A stretch of DNA of 64,000 nucleotides from Candidatus Gottesmanbacteria bacterium (GTDB lineage Bacteria; Patescibacteriota; Microgenomatia; UBA10105; UBA927). Positions 9,048 to 19,395 of the stretch are shown here, piece by piece; the stretch's first letter is position 1; each line of letters starts with the position of its first letter. The notes beneath the pieces are model-generated. The model worked only from the letters and a program-made list of their open reading frames with translations. It did no database searches and was not told the DNA's origin. The DNA lies in the NCBI GenBank assembly GCA_963809665.1, contig CAWEKC010000001.1:222219-286218 (forward strand). Reading direction: 5' to 3'. Position numbers and translations under genes: made by a program.

Positions 9048-11866
9048 GTCCATGCCTCGCAGATCAAGCGGAATTCACAAAAATCGCAGTATTTCCCAGG
9101 GGTTGGCTTAAAGTCACTTCGCGAAATTTCATCGGCGCGTCCGGCAATTTCCCGGCGGGCCTGCGCCAGCTGCTCCTTTGTGCGGGTGGCGGATACCTTC
9201 ATTTGGTCTTCAAAAAAGTAAAATGAGACAATCACTTTTTTCGACCCGCCCGCCATCGCATAGACAGTCAGTTGTAAATCTTTCTTCGGATCCCGCGCCT
9301 TTGGCGCCGTCCCGGTTTTATAATCAATAATTTCCAGCGTTCCGTCTTTTAACGTATCAATCCTGTCAATCTTTCCGCCGAGAGTGAGCGAGGGTGTAAT
9401 TTTCAGCTTAAACGGCTCTTCCAGACTTGTCGGTACAACAGCCGGATCGTACCCTTTGTCAAAAAACCCTTCAAGAAGATCCCTACCGTGACGTTTCATT
9501 TTCTCCTCATATTTTTTATCACCGTATCCCACCCGCGACCAATGATCATCCAATAGCCGCAGCAAATCATCTTTTGTAGGATGCGCGCCCTGTCTCACAG
9601 TTTCATAAAACGCGCGGATTGTTTTATGCATGGTATCGCCGAAAGACAGTGCCGCGGACGGCGGAACGGGAATACGGAGGATATACCGGTATCTGTATTG
9701 CAACGGACACGTCATGAATGTAGAGAGTTGTGAATAAGAGAGGTACGATATATCCCGTTTTTGTTTTTGAATTGGCTCCTCAGTTTTCTGCCAGTCAAGA
9801 AATGATAATTGCTTGCCCTCCGAAGTTTCAAATAAGGAGGGTTGTTTTCCAATAGCCTCTTCAATAAACGGAGATAATTTTTTCTCGCGTTTCCCCTCCC
9901 CGTAAAATTTCGCGCCTGTGAAAAAAAGGAAATCCCGCGCACGGGTTATCCCGACATAGAACAGCCTGCGTTCTTCTTCCTCGTGATAATCACCGATAGG
10001 AAGTATTTCTTTTACTAATGCGTCGGGAATAGGAATTTGCTCTTTCCTCTCAATCGTCGGGAACCGCGCGTTCACGAGATTTACCAGAAACACAACATTG
10101 AATTCCAGGCCTTTCGCGGAATGGACCGTCAGAATATTGACGGCATTATTTTCACTCCAGTCCATATCGGCGGCAAGAGGCGATTCGCCGAGAGTCATGG
10201 ACAGATCTATCCAGTCCACGACGGTAAATACACCCGCGTCCTCATGTTCTGCTTCGTAAGTTTTCAGTTTATTAAAAAACTTGGCAATATTTTCCGCAAT
10301 TTTTTCCTCTTTGGCGCTTTTGTATAACGTCAGCTGTTTCAATAATCCGGTGTCTGCCAAAAAGTAATACAATAGTTGCCCTGCTGACTCTTTCTTTATC
10401 ATCCCTAGGTGTTTATGTATGATCGAAACAAGTTTTTTAACCTGTTCCAAATCCGATTGTTCGCACGCTTCAAACAGGGACATTCCGTATTTTCTCGAGT
10501 AATTTATAAGCGCTGCGACATCCCTGGCGCTTACTCCCGCCCAATCCATCGTTAATACCCGGTACATCGCCACGTTATCTTCAAAGTTATACAGCACTTT
10601 AAGGTACGCGATAAGATCTTTGATCTCCGGCTGCCGGAATAGTTGTCCCGGCCCCAGGAATTGATAGGGAATCCCTGCATGAGACAGCGCCCGTGCAAAC
10701 GGTTCAGCGTGGTTGTTAGCCCGGACGAGGATGGCAAAATCAGCGTATGTGTAGTCGGTATGTTCACTAAGAAGTACTTTTATCTTACCGGCTACAAGAT
10801 CCGCTTCATGCTCGACGCGCTCGGCATACAACACCTCGATCGGTACCCCGTTTTTCCGCCGCATGCTTTCGAGTTTCTTATCCAGCTTTTGGACTACCTC
10901 CAGACGGTCGGGATTATTATGCTGGATAAGATCATACGAGCGATCAAGAATTTCTTTCGTCGACCGGTAGTTTTTCGTCAATACGACAATCTTTGCTTTG
11001 GGGAAGATTTTTCGGAACTGGATGATATTTGAAATTGCAGCTCCCCGCCAGCGGTAAATCGCCTGATCGTCGTCTCCGACAACCGTAATATTCTTCTTTT
11101 TACCTGCAAGAAGGACTGCTAGTTCATTCTGGGCGAAATTCGTATCCTGAAATTCATCAATGAGGATATATTTGAACTGCTGCTGATACTTTTTGAGTAT
11201 CGCAGGGCGGGTCCTGAATAGTTTTAGGGTCCAGCTTATAAGATCCGCATAGTCCGCCATGCCCTCTTTGACCTTCATCTCTTCATATGTCCGGAATGCA
11301 TTGGCGAGTTCCAGATATTTTTCTGTGTCCCCCGTAGCTTTGGCGGAGGGGGACTTTATCCATTTAAAATACTCCTGCGGCGTTACATCCTCGTCTTTAA
11401 GTCTGCTAAAGTGCTGGATCATACCGCTGATGAATTTTGAGGGGTTCCCTAGCGGCCGGAAATATTTCAAATCGAATTTGAAAATATTTTTTCTGAAAAA
11501 CAAAATAGTTTCCGCTTCCGTCATTAACTTATAACCCGGATCGATACCGATGTTGATTGCCTCCCCCCGCAGCACCCTGTCGCAGAACGCATGGAACGTG
11601 GAAATCCACATTTGCGTGACGCCGTAGGGGAGTGCGATATCAACACGAGTTTCCATCTCACGGCTGGCTTTTTCTGTAAATGTGAGCGCAAGTATTTCCG
11701 GCGGTTTGGCAATACCGGCAGCAATGAGGTATTTTATGCGTTCCGTGACAACGGTCGTCTTCCCCGTACCGGCGCCGGCAATAATCAGAAGCGGCCCCTC
11801 CCCAAATCTCACCGCCGCCTTCTGTTCGGGATTTAACTGTCTTTCTTCCACAGGAATCTTTACCAT
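9044..11866 (-). CDS. UvrD/REP helicase fused to a C-terminal PD-(D/E)XK nuclease (AdnAB/AddB-like, probable Fe-S)
   Basis: AGAGTGKT, DEFQDTN, HSAKGLEF; C-terminal SYSQL..CP, GKIDRID, IIDYKTG, QL.VY, CDFCEFRLIC. Confidence 0.9.
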   Translation of the reverse strand: MVKIPVEERQLNPEQKAAVRFGEGPLLIIAGAGTGKTTVVTERIKYLIAAGIAKPPEILALTFTEKASREMETRVDIALPYGVTQMWISTFHAFCDRVLRGEAINIGIDPGYKLMTEAETILFFRKNIFKFDLKYFRPLGNPSKFISGMIQHFSRLKDEDVTPQEYFKWIKSPSAKATGDTEKYLELANAFRTYEEMKVKEGMADYADLISWTLKLFRTRPAILKKYQQQFKYILIDEFQDTNFAQNELAVLLAGKKKNITVVGDDDQAIYRWRGAAISNIIQFRKIFPKAKIVVLTKNYRSTKEILDRSYDLIQHNNPDRLEVVQKLDKKLESMRRKNGVPIEVLYAERVEHEADLVAGKIKVLLSEHTDYTYADFAILVRANNHAEPFARALSHAGIPYQFLGPGQLFRQPEIKDLIAYLKVLYNFEDNVAMYRVLTMDWAGVSARDVAALINYSRKYGMSLFEACEQSDLEQVKKLVSIIHKHLGMIKKESAGQLLYYFLADTGLLKQLTLYKSAKEEKIAENIAKFFNKLKTYEAEHEDAGVFTVVDWIDLSMTLGESPLAADMDWSENNAVNILTVHSAKGLEFNVVFLVNLVNARFPTIERKEQIPIPDALVKEILPIGDYHEEEERRLFYVGITRARDFLFFTGAKFYGEGKREKKLSPFIEEAIGKQPSLFETSEGKQLSFLDWQKTEEPIQKQKRDISYLSYSQLSTFMTCPLQYRYRYILRIPVPPSAALSFGDTMHKTIRAFYETVRQGAHPTKDDLLRLLDDHWSRVGYGDKKYEEKMKRHGRDLLEGFFDKGYDPAVVPTSLEEPFKLKITPSLTLGGKIDRIDTLKDGTLEIIDYKTGTAPKARDPKKDLQLTVYAMAGGSKKVIVSFYFFEDQMKVSATRTKEQLAQARREIAGRADEISRSDFKPTPGKYCDFCEFRLICEAWT

Positions 11867-11884
11867 TGTGGAGTCATTATATAC

Positions 11885-12433
11885 TTACTCCAAAATCTTT
11901 TCGAGAATTACAGGGAACTTATCATAACCGGGAACTGTTGATAAACTAAAATGTTTCTGCCATTTCATAAGTATGAGGTCACCGCCTAATTCGTTATGTA
12001 ATTTATCACCGTGATACGGCGGAACAAAAGGGTCATCGTTTGAATGAATGAAAATAAATCTTTTTGATTTAGATTTAATCTTTTTCCAATCAAATGGTTT
12101 AACAAAAAGCTCTTTTACCGGATCATAATTCAGGTCATCAGTAAACCCGGCAACCAGAATTGCTTTATTAATTTGAATTGTATCGGGTAAAGTCTCCAAA
12201 ATTCCCAATATCTCAACAGCACCGGAAGAATGACCTACAATAATTGAATCTTTATCAAACTTCCATCGTGAAAAAATATAATCGTTATATCGTTGTATAT
12301 TTGGTCTCTCAGCGTGGGGTAAATCCGGCACCCACACTTTATATCCACGAGTTTCGAGTTCTTTTCTCAACCATGGAAACCAATTTTTTGTAGAGTTATC
12401 TTCCGTTCCGTGTAAAATCAGGACATTCTTCAC
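11885..12433 (-). CDS. RBBP9/YdeN family alpha/beta serine hydrolase
   Basis: ILHG..NWFPWL, GHSSG nucleophile elbow, HSNDDPFV, KHF. Confidence 0.88.
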   Translation of the reverse strand: MKNVLILHGTEDNSTKNWFPWLRKELETRGYKVWVPDLPHAERPNIQRYNDYIFSRWKFDKDSIIVGHSSGAVEILGILETLPDTIQINKAILVAGFTDDLNYDPVKELFVKPFDWKKIKSKSKRFIFIHSNDDPFVPPYHGDKLHNELGGDLILMKWQKHFSLSTVPGYDKFPVILEKILE

Positions 12434-13335
12434 TATTCCTCCAACTGTTTTTCTTCGCGGCCGGTAAAGCGTTGGGTTTTGGAAAGTTTCTGACCCAGGA
12501 CGTCAAAGGAGCCGGAGACGCCGCTCATGGTATTGTAGGCATTGCCGATATGCCGGCCTAATACCCCCAGCTGTTCCCCTGTTTTTTCATAATCTTTTTG
12601 AATAGCACGCAGCAACCGGAATACTTCTCGTGATTTCTGTTCCAGTTCTTTCCCCTGGAAACTCAAGAGCAGCACCTGTAAATGTGCATACAGCGTATTG
12701 GGAGAAACGGGATAGACGCGATTCCGGCGGGAAAAATCCATAAGATCTTCAATCGTTGCTATTTCGTAGTACACCGATTCCGATGGAATATACATGAGGG
12801 CAAAATCCATGGTCCCTTCCTCCGGCAGAATATATTTTCGGCTTATATCCGTAATGTGTTTTTTTACATCGGCAATAAAATCCCGTCTGGCAGCAAGCCG
12901 TACAGCTTCCGTTTCCCCTTTGTGCATCAGGGTAAAGTTTTCCATCGGGAATTTAGAATCGATACACAATAACCCCGCGTCGGTTTTGAGAACGGCATCA
13001 ACTTTTACTCCGGATTTAAACGAATACTGCAGATGAAATGAATTTTTCGGGAATGTTTGCCCGATCATGTCTTTAAGCACCTGCTCTCCGATATTACCGC
13101 GGAGTTTTGGCGACTGAAGAAATTCTTGTAAACTCCGGATTCCCCGTCCCATCTCGGACATTTCTCCGACGTGCTTATTTAAAGCTCCGATAACTCTGGC
13201 CGCTTCGTCCAAACGCCGATTCATTTCAGATGCAGACCCACTGACGGTAGCCTGCATGCTTTTAAGCCACTGTACAAGCACCCAAATGACAATTCCAAAA
13301 CCGACGGCAATACCGATACCGAGTACGATTTCCAT
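12433..13335 (-). CDS. rmuC: DNA recombination protein RmuC
   Basis: RGNIGE, IDSKFP, KHI.DISRKYI, DFALMYIPSE, SPNTL; N-terminal TM. Confidence 0.92.
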   Translation of the reverse strand: MEIVLGIGIAVGFGIVIWVLVQWLKSMQATVSGSASEMNRRLDEAARVIGALNKHVGEMSEMGRGIRSLQEFLQSPKLRGNIGEQVLKDMIGQTFPKNSFHLQYSFKSGVKVDAVLKTDAGLLCIDSKFPMENFTLMHKGETEAVRLAARRDFIADVKKHITDISRKYILPEEGTMDFALMYIPSESVYYEIATIEDLMDFSRRNRVYPVSPNTLYAHLQVLLLSFQGKELEQKSREVFRLLRAIQKDYEKTGEQLGVLGRHIGNAYNTMSGVSGSFDVLGQKLSKTQRFTGREEKQLEE

Positions 13336-13371
13336 GCAGAAACAAGATACCACACTTGCTATACTAATTCT

Positions 13372-13680
13372 ATGAACCATCCGAAACGGAACATTTTATG
13401 GCTTATTTTGGGCATGAGCGGATTGAGCGTTCTGGGCTGGTTTATCAACACAATTCCGCCCGAACATATCGTCCTCCTTGTCCTCTTTTTTGTGATAATC
13501 GCTGCAACCACGTTTTTCTCTTCCCTCTTCATCTTTAAAATTGTGCGACGTGCAGTGCTGGTGACGATCGGCATGGTCGTATGGTTTGGTCTCCGACTTC
13601 TGGGACTGCGGGAACTTTGGTACCCGCTGCTTCTTATTCCCTGCCTCATTTCCCTTGAGATACTCTTCCAAAGAAGATAG
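13372..13680 (+). CDS. Hypothetical multi-TM membrane protein
   Basis: 102 aa hydrophobic ORF with extended -10 (TGCTATACT) 6 nt upstream. Confidence 0.7.
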   Translation: MNHPKRNILWLILGMSGLSVLGWFINTIPPEHIVLLVLFFVIIAATTFFSSLFIFKIVRRAVLVTIGMVVWFGLRLLGLRELWYPLLLIPCLISLEILFQRR

Positions 13681-13689
13681 AATCAGCTC

Positions 13690-15093
13690 ATGAGTAAGTT
13701 CTACGTCACCTGCGCTATCCCCTACGTCAACGCTCCTCCCCATGTCGGGCACGCCCTCGAATTTGTGCAGGGAGACGTGATCGCCCGATATCACGCGTTA
13801 TTAGGAGAGGAAACCAAACTTCTTTCCGGCGGCGACGAAAATGCCCTCAAAAACGTGCAGGCTGCGGATCTGGCCGGCATACCGGTTAAAGAATTTATTG
13901 ATGCCAACACACAAAAGTTTTTTGAACTTACCAAAGCCTTAAATTGCCGCTTTGACGTCTGGCAAAAAGGAAGCGACAAACAGCACCACTTCGTCTCATC
14001 GCAAAAACTCTGGGGCCTTTGCAAAAAAGACATCTTTAAAAAATCATATGAAGGGCTTTACTGCACGGGATGCGAACAGTTTTATACAAAAGAGGAATTG
14101 GATGAAAACGGGCAGTGTTTTGAACACCCCGGCAAGAAGCTTGAAATGGTAAAAGAGGATAATTATTTTTTCCGGCTCTCAAAATATCAGGATCAGCTTA
14201 TTAAACTTATTTCTGATGACACGCTCAAAATCATTCCCGATTTCCGCAAAAATGAAATGCTATCATTTCTCAAACAGCCGCTCCTCGACATAAGCATCTC
14301 GAGAAGTAACGACCGAGCAAAAAACTGGGGCGTGCCGGTGCCGGGAGACGACTCACAACGGATGTACGTATGGTTTGACGCGCTGAACATTTACCAGAGC
14401 GGTATCGGGTTCGGATGGGACGAGAAACAGTATGAAAAATGGTGGCCCGCGGACGTCCATGTCATCGGCAAAGGTATCACCCGATTCCATGCTGTTTACT
14501 GGCCCGCATTCTTACTATCCGCGGGACTTAAACTCCCGAAATCCATCTTTGTCCACGGATATTTTACGGTCAACGGACAAAAAATGAGCAAATCCGTTGG
14601 TAATGTCGTTGACCCGTTTGATCTTATCAAAAAATACGGCGCGGATCCCCTGCGCTACTATTTACTGCGCGAAATTCCCTCTGCCTCCGACGGCGACTTT
14701 TCCGAATCGAGATTTAAAGAACTATATAATGCTGATTTAGCCAACGGTCTGGGAAATTTAACGGCGCGTATTGCCAAACTCTGTGAGCTAAACCAAATAA
14801 AAGTTAGTGCAGCGCCGGTCAAAAATTATTTTTCAAAACATCTGGCAAGTTATGAATTCAGTCTAGCTTTGGAAGAGCTCTGGAAAGACATAAAGAAACT
14901 CGATGTAGAGATTAATAATGATCAACCTTGGAAAACAAAAGATACGGGTAAACTAAAAAAATATATTAATCAATTGATACATATAGGGGTTGCGTTGCAG
15001 CCATTTCTTCCCGACACGGCTCAGAAAATTCTTGAGCAATTCAAAGGACCCACGATTAAAGCGTCGGCTCCCCTGTTCCCGCGGCTCACGTAG
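13690..15093 (+). CDS. metG: Methionyl-tRNA synthetase (short form)
   Basis: IPYVNAPPHVGH, CxxC knuckle, YVWFDAL, KMSKS. Confidence 0.97.
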   Translation: MSKFYVTCAIPYVNAPPHVGHALEFVQGDVIARYHALLGEETKLLSGGDENALKNVQAADLAGIPVKEFIDANTQKFFELTKALNCRFDVWQKGSDKQHHFVSSQKLWGLCKKDIFKKSYEGLYCTGCEQFYTKEELDENGQCFEHPGKKLEMVKEDNYFFRLSKYQDQLIKLISDDTLKIIPDFRKNEMLSFLKQPLLDISISRSNDRAKNWGVPVPGDDSQRMYVWFDALNIYQSGIGFGWDEKQYEKWWPADVHVIGKGITRFHAVYWPAFLLSAGLKLPKSIFVHGYFTVNGQKMSKSVGNVVDPFDLIKKYGADPLRYYLLREIPSASDGDFSESRFKELYNADLANGLGNLTARIAKLCELNQIKVSAAPVKNYFSKHLASYEFSLALEELWKDIKKLDVEINNDQPWKTKDTGKLKKYINQLIHIGVALQPFLPDTAQKILEQFKGPTIKASAPLFPRLT

Positions 15094-15094
15094 T

Positions 15095-15862
15095 ATGTAC
15101 ATCGATACCCATTGCCATCTTACGTTTCCCGAATATGATCCTGACCGCGCAATGGTCATCGGCAACGCAAAAAAGGCAGGGGTAAAACTATTTATCAGCC
15201 CGGGAGTTGATCCGTTTTCTTCAAATCAATCAGTATTGCTTGCCCAAAGGAATCCTGATACTGTATTTGCCGGCATCGGCTATCATCCGTACGAAGCACA
15301 GCATACCCCGCCGGTAGCAACGCTCGAACAACTGATCGCAACGCATAAAGAGAGAATTGTCGCTATCGGTGAAATCGGGCTGGATTATCATCAATATAAA
15401 AACGAGGAGGCGGCAGGAAAAAAGCAAAACCAGAAACTATTATTTGAAGAACAATTGCGGTTAGCCCGAAAAAACAATCTGCCGGCTATCATGCACGTGA
15501 GAGATGCGTTTGAAGATTTTTTTACTGTGTATGATTCGATCCCGGTAAAAGGAGTCATCCATTGCTTTTCCGGAGGAATGCAGGAAGTACGAAATGCTCA
15601 GGAAAGAAATTTATATATCGGTCTGGACGGTAATATTACCTATTCAAAACAACTTCAGTCCATAATTCCGGATATCCCTCTCCCGATGCTCCTTCTGGAA
15701 ACCGATGCGCCGTATTTAACCCCGGTCCCCCACCGCGGGCAACGCAACGAACCTAAATACATTCCCCTTATCGCAGCAGAGATTGCCCGGCTCCAGCACA
15801 TTGATACACAGCGGGTGGAAGATCAAACAACAGCAAACGCCAAAACCCTTTTTCGCATATAA
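15095..15862 (+). CDS. tatD: TatD-family DNase
   Basis: IDTHCH, GYHP, IGEIGLDY, HCFSG, LETDAPYL, RNEP. Confidence 0.95.
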   Translation: MYIDTHCHLTFPEYDPDRAMVIGNAKKAGVKLFISPGVDPFSSNQSVLLAQRNPDTVFAGIGYHPYEAQHTPPVATLEQLIATHKERIVAIGEIGLDYHQYKNEEAAGKKQNQKLLFEEQLRLARKNNLPAIMHVRDAFEDFFTVYDSIPVKGVIHCFSGGMQEVRNAQERNLYIGLDGNITYSKQLQSIIPDIPLPMLLLETDAPYLTPVPHRGQRNEPKYIPLIAAEIARLQHIDTQRVEDQTTANAKTLFRI

Positions 15863-15869
15863 TACATAT

Positions 15870-16565
15870 ATGACAATATCTGTAGTTCTTCCGGCATATA
15901 ACGAGGAAAAATATATTACCCACACACTGGCATCAATTCATAAACTTACCCGGAAACCGGACGAGATCATTGTTATCGACGGCGGCTCGACTGACCATAC
16001 AAGAAAAATAGCGGAAAAACACGGCGCCCGGGTGATCACCATTGCACACCGCGGCATCGGGTATGCACGCCAAAGAGGTCTCGAAGCAGCATCTGGAGAC
16101 ATTATTGCATTCACGGATTCCGACACGGTCGTGCCTGCCGACTGGCTCTCCAAAATAGAAGAAACGTTATCCCGCCCCGGCGTAGTAGCTGTCTATGGCC
16201 CATACTTCGTGGACTTCGGATGGGCTCCGTATGTACTATTCAGTAACTTCGTCCAACCGTACTTATGGCTCTTTTTGCAACTGATTGGCCTCCCAATTGC
16301 CCCCGGTCAGAATTCGGCATTTATCAGGGCTAAAGGTATTGAGGTCGGCGGGTATCCCGTCGATTTCAAGGCTGCCGAGGATATCGAAATGATCCGGCGA
16401 CTGAAAACCATAGGTAAAGTAGTGTACCGTCTCGATAATAAGGTATTATCATCGGGACGACGGGGAAACGAAGGTTGGTCTATGATCACCAGAATGATAA
16501 AAGGGCTCGCTCTCTATTACACTACACGGAAAGCAGACACATTTGACTTCCCGGACATCAGGTAA
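15870..16565 (+). CDS. Glycosyltransferase family 2
   Basis: SVVLPAYNEE, IDGGSTD, FTDSD, EDIE. Confidence 0.92.
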   Translation: MTISVVLPAYNEEKYITHTLASIHKLTRKPDEIIVIDGGSTDHTRKIAEKHGARVITIAHRGIGYARQRGLEAASGDIIAFTDSDTVVPADWLSKIEETLSRPGVVAVYGPYFVDFGWAPYVLFSNFVQPYLWLFLQLIGLPIAPGQNSAFIRAKGIEVGGYPVDFKAAEDIEMIRRLKTIGKVVYRLDNKVLSSGRRGNEGWSMITRMIKGLALYYTTRKADTFDFPDIR

Positions 16566-16608
16566 ATACCGCTTTATTCGTGCTATAATAACAGTTTAGA
16601 TTGTCATT

Positions 16609-18090
16609 ATGCGCCAATTTTTTTCCCTCTATCCGAATAAAACTCAGCGGCTTCTGGAAATACTTGTTCCCGGACTCTCGTGGATACTTATTACCATGCC
16701 GTTCTGGTTGTCATTTTGGCATCCGGCTCTCGTTGCATACCTCATTATTACATTTGATATCTACTGGTTTTATAAATCATTTTCGCTAGCGCTCTTCGCC
16801 ATCCAGTCTTTTGTTACGCTCAACGCACATATAAAAATCAACTGGCTGACGCTTGCGGCCCGGCTCCCGGATTTTAATTCGCTGTATCACATTATTATTA
16901 TTCCTGAATATCATGAGCCGCTACACATACTCCAGCGGACATTTGATAATCTGACGAAACAGGATTTTCCAAAAGACCGGATTATTGTTGTATTGGCTAC
17001 GGAGGAGAAAGACCCCGATGCTAAAGCAACTGGAAAAATTCTTAAAGATGCATACGGTAGCCGCTTCGGCCATTTCCTTGTAACCCGGCACGTCCTCCAT
17101 ACAGGCGAAGTCGCGGGAAAGTCCAGCAATATGGCGTGGGCGGGTAAACGGGTCGTAACGGAGATGAAAAAATGGGGCATTAGTCCGCAAAGCGCGACAG
17201 TGACTTCATGTGATGCGGATGCGCTCCTGCATCCGAAATATTTTTCCTATTTATCACATTCATTCCTCACGGACCCTGAAAGGGAAAAACATTTTTATCA
17301 GGGGGCTATCTTGTTTTATTCCAATATCTGGCGCATTCCCCTCCCAGGCAGAGTCCTCAACACAATTTACAGCATATCCAATCTGGCACTCCTTAAACAA
17401 AAACAGCGGCTGATAAATTTTTCCACCTACTCACTCGCCCTGACAACTGCAATGAAAGCGGGATACTGGGCAGTGGATGTCATACCGGAGGACTATCATT
17501 TATTCTTTAAAGTATATTTCCTCTACGGCGAACAGGTTGCAACCAGAAGTATTTTCCTTCCGATTTTGGTTGATGCCGCTGAATCACACGGATTTTGGCG
17601 CACAATGGTCAACCAGTACGAGCAATCCAAACGGTGGGCATGGGGCATCTCGGATATTCCGTTCGTCATACGCAATATGTTCATTCATAATGAAATTCCC
17701 CTGTGGGACCGGCTGCGGCGGCTTCTCCTTTTGATGGAACAACATGTGTTCTGGTCTTCCAACTGGTTTATTCTGACGCTGGGAAGTACCATTCCACCCA
17801 TCATCAATCCCGCTTTCGGACGGACTGTCCTGGGACATAATCTCGCACAACTCTCCTCGGGAATCCTCACACTCGCCATGGGGTTCCTGCTTGTCGTTCT
17901 TATTATCGACTGGCGAGCAAAACCTCCGCGTCCTGCCGAATTCAAAAAATGGCACCTTCCGTTTTTATATATCCAATGGCTGACATTGCCCATCGTTTCA
18001 TTCTTCCTGGCGGCACTCCCGGGCCTGGATGCCCATACGAGACTGCTTCTGGGAAAACGATTGGAATATCGCGTGACGGAAAAGGTATAA
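16609..18090 (+). CDS. Membrane-bound GT2 with processive-type motifs
   Basis: GKSSN, CDAD (DxD), PEDYH, QSKRWAWG (QxxRW); N- and C-terminal TM helices. Confidence 0.85.
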   Translation: MRQFFSLYPNKTQRLLEILVPGLSWILITMPFWLSFWHPALVAYLIITFDIYWFYKSFSLALFAIQSFVTLNAHIKINWLTLAARLPDFNSLYHIIIIPEYHEPLHILQRTFDNLTKQDFPKDRIIVVLATEEKDPDAKATGKILKDAYGSRFGHFLVTRHVLHTGEVAGKSSNMAWAGKRVVTEMKKWGISPQSATVTSCDADALLHPKYFSYLSHSFLTDPEREKHFYQGAILFYSNIWRIPLPGRVLNTIYSISNLALLKQKQRLINFSTYSLALTTAMKAGYWAVDVIPEDYHLFFKVYFLYGEQVATRSIFLPILVDAAESHGFWRTMVNQYEQSKRWAWGISDIPFVIRNMFIHNEIPLWDRLRRLLLLMEQHVFWSSNWFILTLGSTIPPIINPAFGRTVLGHNLAQLSSGILTLAMGFLLVVLIIDWRAKPPRPAEFKKWHLPFLYIQWLTLPIVSFFLAALPGLDAHTRLLLGKRLEYRVTEKV

Positions 18091-18099
18091 TAAAACGGC

Positions 18100-19395
18100 A
18101 TGCTTCAATTTCTTATCCAACATTCACCCCTCCTGTACCTCACGCAGAGTCTCTGGCGAGACGAAGCATTTTCCGTGCTGATGGCATTGCGGCCGGTTTC
18201 ATTCATTGTTGCACAAGCCGGTTTTGAACCTCCTTTTTATTATCTTCTTCTTCACTTCTGGATCAAACTATTCGGGACGAGCGAAATTGCTTTACGGAGT
18301 CTGTCGCTGGTCGCATTTACCGGTGCCGCTGCTATCGTCGTTGTATGGGCGGAAAAACTATTCCGTAAACATTGGCTCTCCTGGTGGTTGCCGCTCTTTT
18401 TCTTTTTCAATCCGATGCTTCTGTATTATGGTATGGAAGGAAGAACATACGGGTGGTATATATTATTCGCCGTCTTATCGCTGTTTGCGTACACCGAACG
18501 CCGATGGTGGCTTTTAACCGCCGCAACAATTCTGGGATTTTATACCCATAGTTTTTTTCTTATTGTACCGTTTGCGGAGGTTGTTCATTACGTGTTAACC
18601 ACCAGCATACACTGGAAAAAAGATCCGATGGTGCGTGTTGTAGCAATTTCTGCCGTATCAATCGCACCATGGTTTGTAGTGCTGGCGCGGCAGGCAACTA
18701 TGTTCGGACATTTGTGGTACTTTCCGGTAGATACCAATCTCGTAACGTCAGTCCTGGGAAATCTGTTCGTCGGGTATGAAGGCACACCGTGGTATGTATG
18801 GAATTTCACGAAAGTACTTTCACTTATTTTTTTGGGTTTTAGCTTCCTTGCTTTCCGGTCGGAAAAAATCCGTAAAACTTCAAACATATTTCTCATTCAA
18901 ATTTATCTACCGCTCATTATTGTAATCGGTATTTCTTTTATCAAACCGTTATACGTCAACCGGTATGTTATTCCTGTCACAATTGCCCAGGTCATGATTA
19001 TTGCACTCGTGATATATGCAATACGAAACAGATCGGTACAAAAAATAGCTGCCGCAGTTTGCCTCCTCTTTGTCTTAGGATTCAATATATGGTACCCGGA
19101 TAAACATGCGAAATTGGACATCCGCTCAACCGTGACAGAAATCAATATGCTTAAATCCCCGACAGACGTGGTTTTCGCCGACAATCCTCTCATCTTTTTT
19201 GAAACCGTCTATTACAGTAACGACCGGGCACATGTGTACCTGTACAACCCGAGCAACAGTCCTTTCCCGTGGTATGTCGGGGGGTCGCTCGTGTCCCCGT
19301 CTCAAATGGTTTTAACCTATCCTCCGTATCCTATACGTGCGTTCATTGTACACACCAACGGCACCTTCGACGTCGTCTTCCGGACTGTCTTATGA
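18100..19395 (+). CDS. GT-C fold glycosyltransferase (GT39/ArnT/PMT-like)
   Basis: SLWRDE, PPFYYLLLHFW, EGRTY, many TM helices. Confidence 0.85.
   Translation: MLQFLIQHSPLLYLTQSLWRDEAFSVLMALRPVSFIVAQAGFEPPFYYLLLHFWIKLFGTSEIALRSLSLVAFTGAAAIVVVWAEKLFRKHWLSWWLPLFFFFNPMLLYYGMEGRTYGWYILFAVLSLFAYTERRWWLLTAATILGFYTHSFFLIVPFAEVVHYVLTTSIHWKKDPMVRVVAISAVSIAPWFVVLARQATMFGHLWYFPVDTNLVTSVLGNLFVGYEGTPWYVWNFTKVLSLIFLGFSFLAFRSEKIRKTSNIFLIQIYLPLIIVIGISFIKPLYVNRYVIPVTIAQVMIIALVIYAIRNRSVQKIAAAVCLLFVLGFNIWYPDKHAKLDIRSTVTEINMLKSPTDVVFADNPLIFFETVYYSNDRAHVYLYNPSNSPFPWYVGGSLVSPSQMVLTYPPYPIRAFIVHTNGTFDVVFRTVL

Noticed and set aside
9044-9750. Cas4-like nuclease as a CRISPR component
   Set aside because: It is the C-terminal domain of a UvrD fusion; no cas1/cas2 or array nearby
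14990-15869. Long N-terminal extensions in the ORF track (TatD 14990, GT2 15783; also UbiA 20682, PduO 40561, pilin 63452)
   Set aside because: They overlap upstream genes; family motifs and promoter spacing favour the downstream starts used here
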